This document shows positions 8,368 to 18,713 of a stretch of 64,000 nt of DNA, piece by piece; the first letter of the stretch is position 1; each line of letters begins with the position of its first letter. The DNA comes from an uncultured Candidatus Actinomarina sp. (lineage in GTDB: Bacteria > Actinomycetota > Acidimicrobiia > Actinomarinales > Actinomarinaceae): the NCBI GenBank assembly GCA_902628045.1, contig CACOLU010000003.1, positions 14,039 to 78,038 of the forward strand, given 5' to 3'. The translations under genes and the position numbers were made by a program. The notes beneath the pieces were generated by a model. It was not told the origin of the DNA, searched no databases, and saw nothing but the letters and a program-made list of their open reading frames with translations.

Positions 8368-10293
8368 TTGTCTAAATTACACGATTACTTAAAGTCACAG
8401 GAAAATTTAATTACAGCATCAGTTGAGGGAAAAACCCTTTTAGATTTTATAGATAGGAATGCTGAAGAATACGCAGATTATCCAGCATTAAATACTCCAG
8501 CTAATAGCGAATATTCAGCTTGGGATTCAATATCTTGGTCAGAATATAGAGATGTTTCAAAAAATTTAGCAGCAGGATTAATGACATTAGGCTTAGGCCC
8601 TGGTGATACAGCATTCATAATGTCAAACAACACTAAAGAGCATAATATTTCTGATCTAGGAATAGTTTATTGCGGTGCAACTCCATCGACTTTATACAAG
8701 CAGTTAAAGTCTTCTCAAATAGAATATGTAGCTAATTTGATGGAAGCAAAAGTAGCGATTGTTGGTGACTTAGAATTATTTGCGGAGGTAAACGCTGCTA
8801 AAGAACAATGTCCTAAATTAGAAGCAATAGTATTGATAGATGGATACGATCAGAAAAAAGATTTAGATCATGTACACAGTTATCAAGAATTAATTGAAAA
8901 GGGTAAAAGTATAAATGAAGAAGATAGCTCTAAGTTAGATGAAGCCACCTCCACTGTTACACCAGATTCATTGGCATGTTTAATCTTTACTTCGGGTACA
9001 ACTGGAAAGCCAAAGGGTGTAATGATTTCACATAGAAATGTTCTCTGGACAATAGAGAGCTTATTTGGTCAAATGATACCAGCAAGTAAATTTCCAAGAA
9101 TCGTATCTTATCTGCCTATGGCACATATAGCAGCAAGAGCAGGCGACCACTATCAATCAATTTATAGAGTTGGACAAATTTTTCCAGTCCCAGTTTTAGA
9201 GGATATGAGAGATGCTCTTCCTACAATTAAGCCTTCAGTGTTTTTGGCTGTTCCTAGAGTATGGGAAAGGTTCAAGGGTGGTCTACAAGCAAAAATTGAA
9301 GAAAATCCAAAAAAAGACTTAATAGATAAAGCAATTGCAAATGGATTAGAGAAAGTAGATTACGAACAAAGAGGAGAATCGGTACCACTTGGTATCAAGA
9401 TAAAAGATAAAGTATTTGCCAAACTTGTCTTCTCTAAATTTAAAGAAGGCCTCGGCATTGTGGATACAGAGTATTTTGTGACTGCAGCTGCACCAATGAA
9501 TAAGGATGTTCATAGGTGGTTTCATGCTATTGGAATAGATATAACTGAAATTTATGGGATGACAGAAGACACTGGCCCTGCAACAATTGGTGTGCCAGGA
9601 AATGCAGCAGAATCTTTTTCAAAGAAATTAAAAGTTGATGGTATTGAAATTCCTAGTGTTCTTAACCCAATCGGAAAAGTTGGAATTCCTATTCCAGGAA
9701 CAGAGGTTAAAGTAATGGACGATGGAGAGTTGTGTATCAAAGGTAATCACGTTGCACAAGGCTATTACAAGTCAGATGAGCAGACTGCTGAAACCTTTGA
9801 TGAAGATGGATGGTTGCATACTGGGGATTTAGCTGAAATTGATTCTGAAGGTTATGTAAAAATTATTGGCAGAAAAAAGGAAATTTTAATAACATCTGCT
9901 GGAAAAAATATTGCTCCAGTTGAAATTGAGGACTTAGTAAAACCACATCCATTAATTGGACAAGTGTGTGTTGTAGGGGATGGAAAGAAATTCCTATCAG
10001 CATTAATTGTTCTTGATGGGGATGGTGGAGCTGAAACCTGGGCTTCAGAGAATGGAGTTGAATATTCAATAAAAGATATGGCTAAGAATGAAAAAGTTAT
10101 TCAAGCTGTGCAAGAACAAGTTGATAAAGCTAATTCCCAAGTTGCTAATGTACAAGGCATTAAAAAGTTTGTTCTTCTTGAAAAAGAGTGGACAGATTCA
10201 AGTGGCGAGCTAACACCAACATTAAAATTAAAAAGAAATGTTATTGCAGAGATGTATCATGAACAAATTGAATCAATGTATGAAGGAGTATAA
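8368..10293 (+). CDS. Long-chain fatty-acid--CoA ligase (AMP-forming)
   Basis: 641 aa with the adenylate-forming motif FTSGTTGKPKGV, plus YGMTE and GWLHTGD. GGGAGG RBS before a TTG start. Confidence 0.9.
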   Translation: MSKLHDYLKSQENLITASVEGKTLLDFIDRNAEEYADYPALNTPANSEYSAWDSISWSEYRDVSKNLAAGLMTLGLGPGDTAFIMSNNTKEHNISDLGIVYCGATPSTLYKQLKSSQIEYVANLMEAKVAIVGDLELFAEVNAAKEQCPKLEAIVLIDGYDQKKDLDHVHSYQELIEKGKSINEEDSSKLDEATSTVTPDSLACLIFTSGTTGKPKGVMISHRNVLWTIESLFGQMIPASKFPRIVSYLPMAHIAARAGDHYQSIYRVGQIFPVPVLEDMRDALPTIKPSVFLAVPRVWERFKGGLQAKIEENPKKDLIDKAIANGLEKVDYEQRGESVPLGIKIKDKVFAKLVFSKFKEGLGIVDTEYFVTAAAPMNKDVHRWFHAIGIDITEIYGMTEDTGPATIGVPGNAAESFSKKLKVDGIEIPSVLNPIGKVGIPIPGTEVKVMDDGELCIKGNHVAQGYYKSDEQTAETFDEDGWLHTGDLAEIDSEGYVKIIGRKKEILITSAGKNIAPVEIEDLVKPHPLIGQVCVVGDGKKFLSALIVLDGDGGAETWASENGVEYSIKDMAKNEKVIQAVQEQVDKANSQVANVQGIKKFVLLEKEWTDSSGELTPTLKLKRNVIAEMYHEQIESMYEGV

Positions 10294-10295
10294 AA

Positions 10296-11201
10296 GTGGC
10301 TAAAGTTACATTTGAGAATAGAACAGTAGTTGTTACAGGAGCAGGTAATGGGCTTGGTAAAGCGTATGCTTTAGATTTAGGTGCCCGTGGTGCAAAAGTA
10401 GTTGTTAATGATTTAGGTGGTGCTGTAGATGGATCTGGTTCTGGAAGTACGCCGGCTGATGAAGTTGTAAATGAAATCATAGCTAATGGAGGAGAGGCTG
10501 TTGCTAATTACGACTCAGTTGCAACTAGGGAAGGTGGAGAATCTATTATACAAACTGCGATTGATAATTTTGGCACAGTAGATGCAGTTGTAAACAATGC
10601 TGGTATTTTAAGAGATAAAAGTTTTGCAAACATGTCAGAAGAAGAGTTATCTCTAATTATAGATGTGCATCTAAAAGGCACCTTTTATGTTTCTCAGCCT
10701 GCTTTTAAGGTAATGAAAGAAAATGCATATGGAAGGATAGTAAATGTGGCTTCACCTTCTGGTTTATTTGGTAATTTTGGTCAGTCAAACTATGGTGCGG
10801 CAAAAATGGGTATAGTAGGACTAACTAACGTATTAGCAATTGAAGGTGCAAAATATAATATAAAAGTAAATGTCATTGCTCCAACAGCTTATACACGAAT
10901 GACAGAAGCACTTCTTCCAGAAGATGTAGGAAAATTATTTAGTGCAGAATTAGTAACTCCGATGGTTTCTTATCTAGCATCTGAGGCTTGTGAGCCAAGT
11001 CATGAAATTTTTGGAGTTGCTGCTGGGCGTTTTGCTCGTATTGGAATTATTACTCATGAAGGATATGTAAATACAAGTGCAACTGCCGAAGACATAAATG
11101 ACAATATTGAAGAAATAAGAAATATTGAAAATGGCACGTATCCTCTTAGTAACGAGGATGAGCTGATGATAATTCAGAAAGCTATACAAGGTAATCAATA
11201 A
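10296..11201 (+). CDS. Short-chain dehydrogenase, MFE-2/HSD17B4-like (probable (3R)-hydroxyacyl-CoA dehydrogenase)
   Basis: TGAGNGLGKAYA Rossmann motif, NNAG, and the catalytic YGAAK motif. Overall resemblance to the dehydrogenase domain of type-2 multifunctional beta-oxidation enzymes. Confidence 0.75.
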   Translation: MAKVTFENRTVVVTGAGNGLGKAYALDLGARGAKVVVNDLGGAVDGSGSGSTPADEVVNEIIANGGEAVANYDSVATREGGESIIQTAIDNFGTVDAVVNNAGILRDKSFANMSEEELSLIIDVHLKGTFYVSQPAFKVMKENAYGRIVNVASPSGLFGNFGQSNYGAAKMGIVGLTNVLAIEGAKYNIKVNVIAPTAYTRMTEALLPEDVGKLFSAELVTPMVSYLASEACEPSHEIFGVAAGRFARIGIITHEGYVNTSATAEDINDNIEEIRNIENGTYPLSNEDELMIIQKAIQGNQ

Positions 11202-11225
11202 GATAAATTTGATGTATAATTTCGT

Positions 11226-12443
11226 ATGGTAAAAACTGAAATTAAATACTCTGATGCAGAACAACTGGTAAGAGACAAATTAGATGAACTAATTCAATTC
11301 AGAAATGAAACTGATGACATTAAAGAATTTTGGGGTAAACAATTCGATTTAGGACTTGCTTGGGTTCAATTTCCAGAAGGCGCAGGCGGATTAGGATTAA
11401 ATCCAAAATATCAACTTATAATTACTGAAACTCTAAGGAATGAAGGAATTTCTCAACAAAACAGGATTGCAAATATTCTTGGTATAGGAATGGGTGCACC
11501 AACAATTGTGGAGTATGGCACTCCAGAACAAATTCAACAATACTTAAGACCAATGTTCACTGCTGATGAGATATGGTGCCAATTATTTTCAGAGCCAGGC
11601 TCTGGATCAGATTTAGCAAGTTTATCAACTAAAGCTATAGATGATGGTGATGGTTTTATTGTAAATGGTCAAAAAGTTTGGACAACATTAGGGCATGTAG
11701 CTAAATGGGGCCTAATAGTGACCAGGACAGATCCAGATGTTCCAAAGCATAGGGGATTAACTTTTTTTATAGTTGACATGGAGTCTGATGGTGTAGACGT
11801 AAGGCCTCTTAGACAAATAACTGGTGAAGCAGAGTTTAATGAGGTTTATTTTACTGACGTTAAGGTTCCAAAAGAAAATATTTTAGGAGGCCTTGGAGAT
11901 GGCTGGAGAGTTTCTCTTGCTATATTAATGAATGAAAGAGTTGCTATTGGAGGCAATGTTCGTGAAAGAGGAAGTGGTGCGCCAGGTCACTTAGTTCAAC
12001 TTTGGAATGATAAAAAACTTGATGATCCAGTCTCAAGAGATAAGTTGATAAAACTTTGGATTGAACAGGAAGCAGTGAGATTAACAAATGTTAGAGCATT
12101 TGAAAATAGAGAAAAAGGAACACCTGGCCCAGAAGGCTCTACTAGCAAATTATATGAAGCTGAAATCAACAAAGCATCATATGAGTTTGGTATGGAAATG
12201 CTTGGGAATGATGCGTTATTATTTCCAAGAGGATATGAGTTGACTCAACCTGAATTAAATTTTGAAAATGAGACTTTTGGTTTTACGGATACGCAAAGTC
12301 TTTTTCTAAGATCAAGAGCAAATTCAATAGAGGGTGGAACATCTGAAATAATGAGAAATATTATTGCTGAGAGAGTTCTAGGGCTTCCAAGTGAGCCAAA
12401 ACTAGATAAAGATAAAGCTTGGAAAGATATTCCAAGATCTTAG
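11226..12443 (+). CDS. Acyl-CoA dehydrogenase
   Basis: 405 aa. Motifs CQLFSEPGSGSDLASL and GQKVWTT, with C-terminal IEGGTSEIMRNIIAERVLGLP. Confidence 0.9.
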   Translation: MVKTEIKYSDAEQLVRDKLDELIQFRNETDDIKEFWGKQFDLGLAWVQFPEGAGGLGLNPKYQLIITETLRNEGISQQNRIANILGIGMGAPTIVEYGTPEQIQQYLRPMFTADEIWCQLFSEPGSGSDLASLSTKAIDDGDGFIVNGQKVWTTLGHVAKWGLIVTRTDPDVPKHRGLTFFIVDMESDGVDVRPLRQITGEAEFNEVYFTDVKVPKENILGGLGDGWRVSLAILMNERVAIGGNVRERGSGAPGHLVQLWNDKKLDDPVSRDKLIKLWIEQEAVRLTNVRAFENREKGTPGPEGSTSKLYEAEINKASYEFGMEMLGNDALLFPRGYELTQPELNFENETFGFTDTQSLFLRSRANSIEGGTSEIMRNIIAERVLGLPSEPKLDKDKAWKDIPRS

Positions 12444-13054
12444 TAAATTACGCTAAATAAACCATCTTCACAATTTATTGTTACTTCGTCGCTTATGGAA
12501 ACATTTCTGAGTGTCTTTGTACTACCAGGTTCAACATCTGTTTTATCAAGTTCCCATTTGGCACCTGTAATTGATAATGATTTTAAATGTGTGATTGGTA
12601 TGATGCTAAAATTTGAACCAACTTTCATTTCGATGGAAACATTTCTTTTAAATATAATTTTGTTATCTTTATAGAACCACGTCAAGTTTTCGGCAAATTC
12701 ATAATTAATGAGACTAGAAAAAATTGAAAACAAATGGTCAATTTCTCCCTCTTCTCCGCCAATTAAATAAATATTCTTTTCGTTTGGGTTATCGATAATC
12801 TCAAGGGAAAGTTCAAAATCAGTCTTGTCTTTATCTGTTTCATATTTAATTAAATTTATATCCATACTTTTTATTTTTTCTAGTAATGAAGCTTCAATCG
12901 AATCTAGATCACCTAGAACTATAGTTGGTGTTATTAATCTGTTAAATAAATGTTTAGTGCCTTTATCAACACCTATAATTTCTGTAAAATCTTTATCATT
13001 TAAATCGTGATTGGTTGAGCAATTTCCGCCTAATGATATAAGAATATTTGTCAT
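12440..13054 (-). CDS. Thiamine pyrophosphokinase
   Basis: 204 aa. N-terminal catalytic domain with VLGDLDSI and a beta-rich C-terminal thiamine-binding-like domain. Confidence 0.65.
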   Translation of the reverse strand: MTNILISLGGNCSTNHDLNDKDFTEIIGVDKGTKHLFNRLITPTIVLGDLDSIEASLLEKIKSMDINLIKYETDKDKTDFELSLEIIDNPNEKNIYLIGGEEGEIDHLFSIFSSLINYEFAENLTWFYKDNKIIFKRNVSIEMKVGSNFSIIPITHLKSLSITGAKWELDKTDVEPGSTKTLRNVSISDEVTINCEDGLFSVIY

Positions 13055-13126
13055 ATTTAACTATTATATATAGCTTGTTTAATTTAATAATTTCTCACAT
13101 ATCTCAAATCAGCTAATATAGAACAT

Positions 13127-13753
13127 ATGAGTGAAGAATTTAAATTTAATATTGGTGAAGAAGCTGTACAAACCATAATTGGTCTTCGGGATCAAGAACC
13201 TGGTGACAAAGAGTATGCCTTATTCTTACAAATAGATGGTGTACATGGCAACCAATTCACATACGACCTTAGTTTTTTAGATATCGGTCAAGCTAGGTCT
13301 GATGATAAAAAAATAGATTTTGGAGATCTTCCAGTGATTATTGCATCAAAAGATATTGATAAGTTTGATGGTGCAAGCCTTGATATGTCTGAAGATCCTG
13401 ATGCACCTGGGCTAACAATGGATAATCCAAATACTCCTAGCCCTGCGATGATTGGGAATCCTGATGACCTCCCAGAATTAAAAGGTGAATTAGCTGAAAA
13501 AGTACAAGCTGTATTAGAAAATCAAATAAACCCAGCTATAGCTTCACACGGTGGTGCGGCACAATTAATCGGTGTTGAGGGCAATGATATTTACTTAAGA
13601 CTTGGCGGAGGTTGTCAAGGATGTGGTATGGCACAAGTAACACTAACTCAAGGTATCGAAGCTTCTTTACGTGAAGCTGTTCCTGAAATTGAGAATATTA
13701 TAGATGCAACTGATCATGCAGCTGGCGAAAATCCTTATTTCGCTTCCCACTAG
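13127..13753 (+). CDS. NfuA-like Fe-S cluster carrier (degenerate A-type domain + Nfu domain)
   Basis: C-terminal Nfu domain with the GGCQGCG CxxC motif. The N-terminal domain is IscA/HesB-like and lacks cysteines. Confidence 0.75.
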   Translation: MSEEFKFNIGEEAVQTIIGLRDQEPGDKEYALFLQIDGVHGNQFTYDLSFLDIGQARSDDKKIDFGDLPVIIASKDIDKFDGASLDMSEDPDAPGLTMDNPNTPSPAMIGNPDDLPELKGELAEKVQAVLENQINPAIASHGGAAQLIGVEGNDIYLRLGGGCQGCGMAQVTLTQGIEASLREAVPEIENIIDATDHAAGENPYFASH

Positions 13754-14721
13754 ACACTAATAACTGTTTTACCTATATTTCTTCTAGTTAGAAAATTTTC
13801 AAGAGCCACAGCTGTCTTATCAATTTTATAAATATTTTTTGGAATAATATCAAGTTTTCCATTTTCAACAAATGAAATTAATTCCTTAAAATCTTGTGCA
13901 GTTTCGTCAGGGGAAGTATTCGTCCACCGACCCCACCAAACTCCAACAATTGAAACACCTTTCACGAGTGTTAAATTAAGAGAGATTTTAGGGATTTCAC
14001 CGTTTGCAAAACCAATTACTAAAAGTCTTCCGTTAAATGCAGTAGCTCTTAAAGCCTGCTCGGTTGCATCTCCACCAACAGGATCAATAACAATATCTAC
14101 GCCTTTGCCCCCAGTTAATTCTTTGACAGTTTCTTTCAAGTCAACTTGGTCATAACGAATTATTTCATCTCCACCTATATTTTTGGCATACTTTGCTTTA
14201 TCTTCAGAACCAACAGCACAAATAGTTTTCAGTCCCATCACTTTCGCTAACTGAATAGCAGCAGTTCCAATTCCTCCAGATGCACCCAGGACTAAAAGAC
14301 TTTCACCACTTTGAGCATTTGCTCTTCTTTTCAGTGCATAATATGAAGTTCCATAATTAATTGGTAAGCTCGCTCCAGCCAGGGGATCAAAGCCCTCATT
14401 TACTGGAATTACTAAATTCTTGTTTAAAGAGACGAACTCAGCAAATCCTCCGATCGGAGGAATCCCAATTACTTTGGTTCCCACAGGTATATCAACATTT
14501 TCACCGATTTCTTCAACAATTCCACACACTTCATTGCCAGGAATAAACGGTGGGTCAATTACAATTTGGTATTTTCCTTGAACTAGTAAAGCATCTGGAA
14601 AATTAACTCCAGCAACTTCAACTTTAATTAATACTTCATCCTTACTAATAATTGGTTTATCTACTTCTTTTATCTCTAATAAATTTGGATCACCTAATTT
14701 TGTGCATACGACTGCTTTCAT
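13750..14721 (-). CDS. NADPH:quinone oxidoreductase / zeta-crystallin-type medium-chain dehydrogenase
   Basis: 323 aa. GroES-like N-terminal domain, GASGGIGTAAIQLAK nucleotide-binding motif, and no structural-zinc Cys cluster. Confidence 0.85.
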   Translation of the reverse strand: MKAVVCTKLGDPNLLEIKEVDKPIISKDEVLIKVEVAGVNFPDALLVQGKYQIVIDPPFIPGNEVCGIVEEIGENVDIPVGTKVIGIPPIGGFAEFVSLNKNLVIPVNEGFDPLAGASLPINYGTSYYALKRRANAQSGESLLVLGASGGIGTAAIQLAKVMGLKTICAVGSEDKAKYAKNIGGDEIIRYDQVDLKETVKELTGGKGVDIVIDPVGGDATEQALRATAFNGRLLVIGFANGEIPKISLNLTLVKGVSIVGVWWGRWTNTSPDETAQDFKELISFVENGKLDIIPKNIYKIDKTAVALENFLTRRNIGKTVISV

Positions 14722-14780
14722 TTTTTTCCTTTATGTAATCCTCGATAATTTTAAGTCAAGTCTTTTAAATATCTGTATAG

Positions 14781-15959
14781 TTATATAACTTCAAATAATC
14801 CGGCAGCACCCATGCCACCACCAACACACATTGTAACAACAACGTATTTTGCACCTCTTCTTTTTCCTTCCATAAGAGCATGCATTGTCATTCTTGCACC
14901 AGTCATTCCATATGGATGACCAATGGATATTGAACCACCATTTACATTATAAATTTCATTATCAATACCCAAGTAATCTCGACAATATAAGGCTTGTACT
15001 GCGAATGCTTCATTAAGCTCCCATAATCCTATATCATCAATGCTTAAGTTAAATTTTTCAAGCAATTTAGGAACAGCATATATAGGGCCAATTCCCATTT
15101 CTTCAGGTGCTAAACCTGCAACAGCCATTCCTCTGTAATAGCCAAGGGGAGTTAGGCCTTTGTTTTCTGCAACCTTTGATTCCATAACTACTGCAGATGC
15201 AGACCCATCAGATAGCTGGGATGCATTTCCAGCAGTTATAAACTTACCCTCTCCATATACTGGAACCAAAGATGATAGACCTTCTAAATTTGTTTCTGGT
15301 CTGTTACCTTCATCTTTTTCTAAGGTAGTTTCTTGTTCAGAAATTTCGCCAGATTCTTTATCTTTTACTAACTTTGTAGTAGTAGTTGAAATGATTTCAT
15401 CTTTATAAAGATCTGCTTCTTGAGCAGCAGCTGTTCTTTGCTGACTTTGTAAAGAATACTCATCTTGACTTTCTCTTGTGACATTATATTTTTCAGCAAC
15501 ATGATCTGCAGTTTCAATCATTGGCATATATGCATGTTGTGCGTGAGCAGTAACGTTAGGATCTATATCTACTCTGAAATCAGCAGTTTGAACAAGTGAA
15601 ATAGATTCTACGCCTCCAGCAACCACAATGTCCATGTTATCTGTTATAACCTGTTTTGATGCAGTAGCGATTGCCATCATTCCCGAGGAGCATTGTCTGT
15701 CTATTGTCATGCCCGGAACATTATCTGGTAATCCAGCTGCAATGCCTGATAGCCTTCCAATGTTTATAGCTTGTGTGCCTTGTTGTTGAGCACATCCCAT
15801 GACAACATCCTCAACTTCTTTAGGGTCAATTCCAGCTCTATCAATAGCTTCTTTGATTGAATAGGAAGCTAAAGTTGGAGCTGCAGTTTTGTTGTATGCA
15901 CCCCTATAAGCTTTGCCAATCGGTGTTCGGGCGGCTGATACAATTACTGCTTCTCTCAT
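14781..15959 (-). CDS. Acetyl-CoA C-acyltransferase (thiolase)
   Basis: 392 aa. Active-site DRQCSSGM, plus GHPYGMTGA and CVGGGMG near the C-terminus. Confidence 0.95.
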   Translation of the reverse strand: MREAVIVSAARTPIGKAYRGAYNKTAAPTLASYSIKEAIDRAGIDPKEVEDVVMGCAQQQGTQAINIGRLSGIAAGLPDNVPGMTIDRQCSSGMMAIATASKQVITDNMDIVVAGGVESISLVQTADFRVDIDPNVTAHAQHAYMPMIETADHVAEKYNVTRESQDEYSLQSQQRTAAAQEADLYKDEIISTTTTKLVKDKESGEISEQETTLEKDEGNRPETNLEGLSSLVPVYGEGKFITAGNASQLSDGSASAVVMESKVAENKGLTPLGYYRGMAVAGLAPEEMGIGPIYAVPKLLEKFNLSIDDIGLWELNEAFAVQALYCRDYLGIDNEIYNVNGGSISIGHPYGMTGARMTMHALMEGKRRGAKYVVVTMCVGGGMGAAGLFEVI

Positions 15960-15974
15960 AAATTTCTCCTTTTA

Positions 15975-16436
15975 CTATTCGCTTACAACGTATAAAGTTA
16001 ATGCTTCGACAACCGCTGCAGGTTTTTCTTTGCCCTCAATTTCGATTGTACAAGTTGTTTTCGTAAGCCATCTTCCATTTTTTTTATAATTAACTTCTGC
16101 GAGAACAAAACGACCTCTGATTTTGCTATTTACGGGAACGGCTTCCATAAATCTGACTTTGTCTGCACCGTAATTAATAGCCATCTGAAGCCCTTCTGGC
16201 ATATATCCAATATCAGCTTGAAGATAGGTAAGCAAGCTTAACGTTAAAAACCCATGAGATATTGTTGTTCCCCAAGGTGTTGCCTTTGCCATTTCAGGAT
16301 CTACATGAATAAATTGATGGTCATTTGTTGCTTCAGCAAATTGATTGATTCTTTCTTGAGTTACCTCGAACCAATCAGAAACACCTACTTCTTCACCAAT
16401 ATGATTTTCTAGCTCATTTGCTGGAATAACTTTCAA
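15975..16436 (-). CDS. MaoC-like (R)-specific enoyl-CoA hydratase (hot-dog fold)
   Basis: 153 aa with the DHQFIHVDPEMA hydratase-2 motif. Overlaps the upstream gene by 4 nt. Confidence 0.8.
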   Translation of the reverse strand: MKVIPANELENHIGEEVGVSDWFEVTQERINQFAEATNDHQFIHVDPEMAKATPWGTTISHGFLTLSLLTYLQADIGYMPEGLQMAINYGADKVRFMEAVPVNSKIRGRFVLAEVNYKKNGRWLTKTTCTIEIEGKEKPAAVVEALTLYVVSE

Positions 16437-17455
16437 AATATCTCCTTAAGTAAATTTTTAGCTGATGCTTTTTGTGCAAACCTAAGAGTGCTTTCGCCAA
16501 ATGCCTCAACTTCTTCCTTATCAACATTACCATAATAACCAAGAGAATATCGAACATATACCCCCTCCATTATCATTGCATGTTTCCAAAATGATAGCCT
16601 TACGTAAAATTCAATTTCATTTAGATTAAGTTGAGATTTTTCTTCGTACAAAGTTAGAATTTTATCTCTACTTGGAAATCCATCACTTAAAGAAGGGGAA
16701 TATATAAACGGAGTATCTTTTTCTTTTTTATCTGCCCATGAGGCAATAACAGTTCCTAAATCAGCTAGTGGATCTCCTAATGTACAAAGTTCCCAGTCAA
16801 GTATGGCAGATACATTGTTATTTTTTACTCTGACATTATCTAATCTATAGTCACCATGAACAATACTAACTCTTTGCTGTGTTGGAATTTTTTCCAAAAG
16901 AATATTGGTTGCTATATCTAAATCATTTATTTCTCTAACTTTTTGTGCACTAAATTGTTTATTCCATCTAATCAACTGCCTCTCTACATAACCATCATGT
17001 TTTCCTAAGTCCTTTAAACCAGAACTTTGAACGTCAAAATTGTGTAATTCTGTGAGTGTTGTAATAAATGAATTAGTAATTAATTCCTTATCTTTTTTTG
17101 AAAAATTTTCTGCGATTAAATTATCAGATATTGTCTCACCATCAATATATTCCATAATATAGAAATCATCTTGAGAAATAGTTTTGTCTGCACATAAATG
17201 TACAGGATCAGGAACTTTCAGATTATTTTTACTTAATTCTGTAATAATTTTGTATTCGCGTTGCATATTATGTGCAGATTCAAGCTTGTTTCCAAATGGT
17301 GGTCTTCTTAGAACATAAGTATTTTTTGAATCAAAAATTTTAAATGTTATATTTGATCTTCCAACTTTGAATCTTTCAAAATCAAAATCGATGTTCAAAT
17401 CAATGTTTGAAGATATATATTCTCTTATTTGGTTTGTAAAAAAATTCATTAACAA
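16433..17455 (-). CDS. APH/choline-kinase-like phosphotransferase (ACAD10/11 N-terminal kinase-domain type)
   Basis: 340 aa. Catalytic loop HGDYRLDNV and ILDWELCTLGDPLADL metal-binding segment of the aminoglycoside phosphotransferase fold. Confidence 0.75.
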   Translation of the reverse strand: MLMNFFTNQIREYISSNIDLNIDFDFERFKVGRSNITFKIFDSKNTYVLRRPPFGNKLESAHNMQREYKIITELSKNNLKVPDPVHLCADKTISQDDFYIMEYIDGETISDNLIAENFSKKDKELITNSFITTLTELHNFDVQSSGLKDLGKHDGYVERQLIRWNKQFSAQKVREINDLDIATNILLEKIPTQQRVSIVHGDYRLDNVRVKNNNVSAILDWELCTLGDPLADLGTVIASWADKKEKDTPFIYSPSLSDGFPSRDKILTLYEEKSQLNLNEIEFYVRLSFWKHAMIMEGVYVRYSLGYYGNVDKEEVEAFGESTLRFAQKASAKNLLKEIF

Positions 17456-17507
17456 ATATCTTATGAATTAATTCTCTTGGTCTCAAGTTAATTGATAGAA
17501 TAAAATA

Positions 17508-18713
17508 ATGGATTTTAAATTTTCCCAAAAATCATCAGATCTTCAAGAAAAGATGAATAAATTTTTTGAGGATCATATTTTTCCAAATGAAGAAGCTTAT
17601 GAAAAAGCAATTTTAGATTCAGGGGATTCTTTGCATATTCCTGAACTACTTGATGAATTAAAAGATAAAGCCAGAAAAGAAGACTTGTGGAATTTATTTT
17701 TACCTGACAGTGAACATGGTGCAGGATTAACAAATGTTGACTATGCACCGTTAGCAGAAATAACTGGTCAGGTTTGGTGGGCTCCTGAGGTATTTAATTG
17801 CTCTGCGCCAGATACCGGGAATATGGAGATACTCGCAGAATTTGGAACACAAGACCAAAAAGACCAATGGTTAAGACCATTACTAAGTGGAGATATCAGA
17901 TCTTGTTTTGCCATGACTGAACCAGATGTTGCTTCTTCTGATGCAACCAATATCTCAAGTTCAATAGTTTCAGATGGGGATAACTATGTTATTAATGGAA
18001 GAAAATGGTGGACTTCAAATGCAATTAATCCACGTGCTAAAATATGTATTTTTATGGGAGTAACAAACCCTGAGAATCCACCACATACAAGACAAAGTCA
18101 AGTTCTTGTTCCTATGGACACAGAAGGGATAACTATAGTACGGCCGATGCATGTTTACGGCTACGACGACGGGTACACTGGTCATCCAGAATTAAATTTT
18201 GAAAATGTAGTTGTACCAAAATCCAATATTATAGGTGGTGAAGGTATGGGCTTTAAAATTGCTCAAGCTAGATTAGGGCCCGGAAGAATTCATCACTGCA
18301 TGAGAACAATTGGAATGGCTGAGAGAGCTCTTCAACTTATGATAAAGAGAGCTTTATCTAGGGAAACATTTGGTACAAAAATATCTGATCATGGAGTAGT
18401 ACAAGATTGGATTGCAAGATCAAGAATTAAAATAGAAGAGGCTAGACTTTTAACATTAAAAACAGCATGGCTGATTGACAATGTAGGTAAAGAGCAAGCC
18501 AAAATTGAAATCTCTGCAATAAAAGTTGGAGTAATAGAAGCCGCATCGTATGTAATTGATAAAGCTATTCAAGCACATGGAGCTATGGGAGTTTCACAAG
18601 ACACTCCTTTAGCAAAAATGTCTGCTGGTGTGAGAACATTAAGGATCGCTGACGGTCCAGATGAAGTGCACCTTAGATCTATCGCAAAACGTGAAATAAA
18701 CAAACATTTATGA
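17508..18713 (+). CDS. Acyl-CoA dehydrogenase, ACAD10/ACAD11 (FadE2)-like
   Basis: 401 aa. CFAMTEPDVASSDATNI, GRKWWTSN and C-terminal ADGPDEVH segments characteristic of the ACAD10/11 subfamily. Confidence 0.85.
   Translation: MDFKFSQKSSDLQEKMNKFFEDHIFPNEEAYEKAILDSGDSLHIPELLDELKDKARKEDLWNLFLPDSEHGAGLTNVDYAPLAEITGQVWWAPEVFNCSAPDTGNMEILAEFGTQDQKDQWLRPLLSGDIRSCFAMTEPDVASSDATNISSSIVSDGDNYVINGRKWWTSNAINPRAKICIFMGVTNPENPPHTRQSQVLVPMDTEGITIVRPMHVYGYDDGYTGHPELNFENVVVPKSNIIGGEGMGFKIAQARLGPGRIHHCMRTIGMAERALQLMIKRALSRETFGTKISDHGVVQDWIARSRIKIEEARLLTLKTAWLIDNVGKEQAKIEISAIKVGVIEAASYVIDKAIQAHGAMGVSQDTPLAKMSAGVRTLRIADGPDEVHLRSIAKREINKHL

Noticed and set aside
17456-17507. AATTAA-N16-TTAATT inverted repeat in the kinase/ACAD divergent spacer, as a TetR-type operator.
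   Set aside because: The arms are 6 bp and pure A/T. The expected chance frequency in this composition is high.
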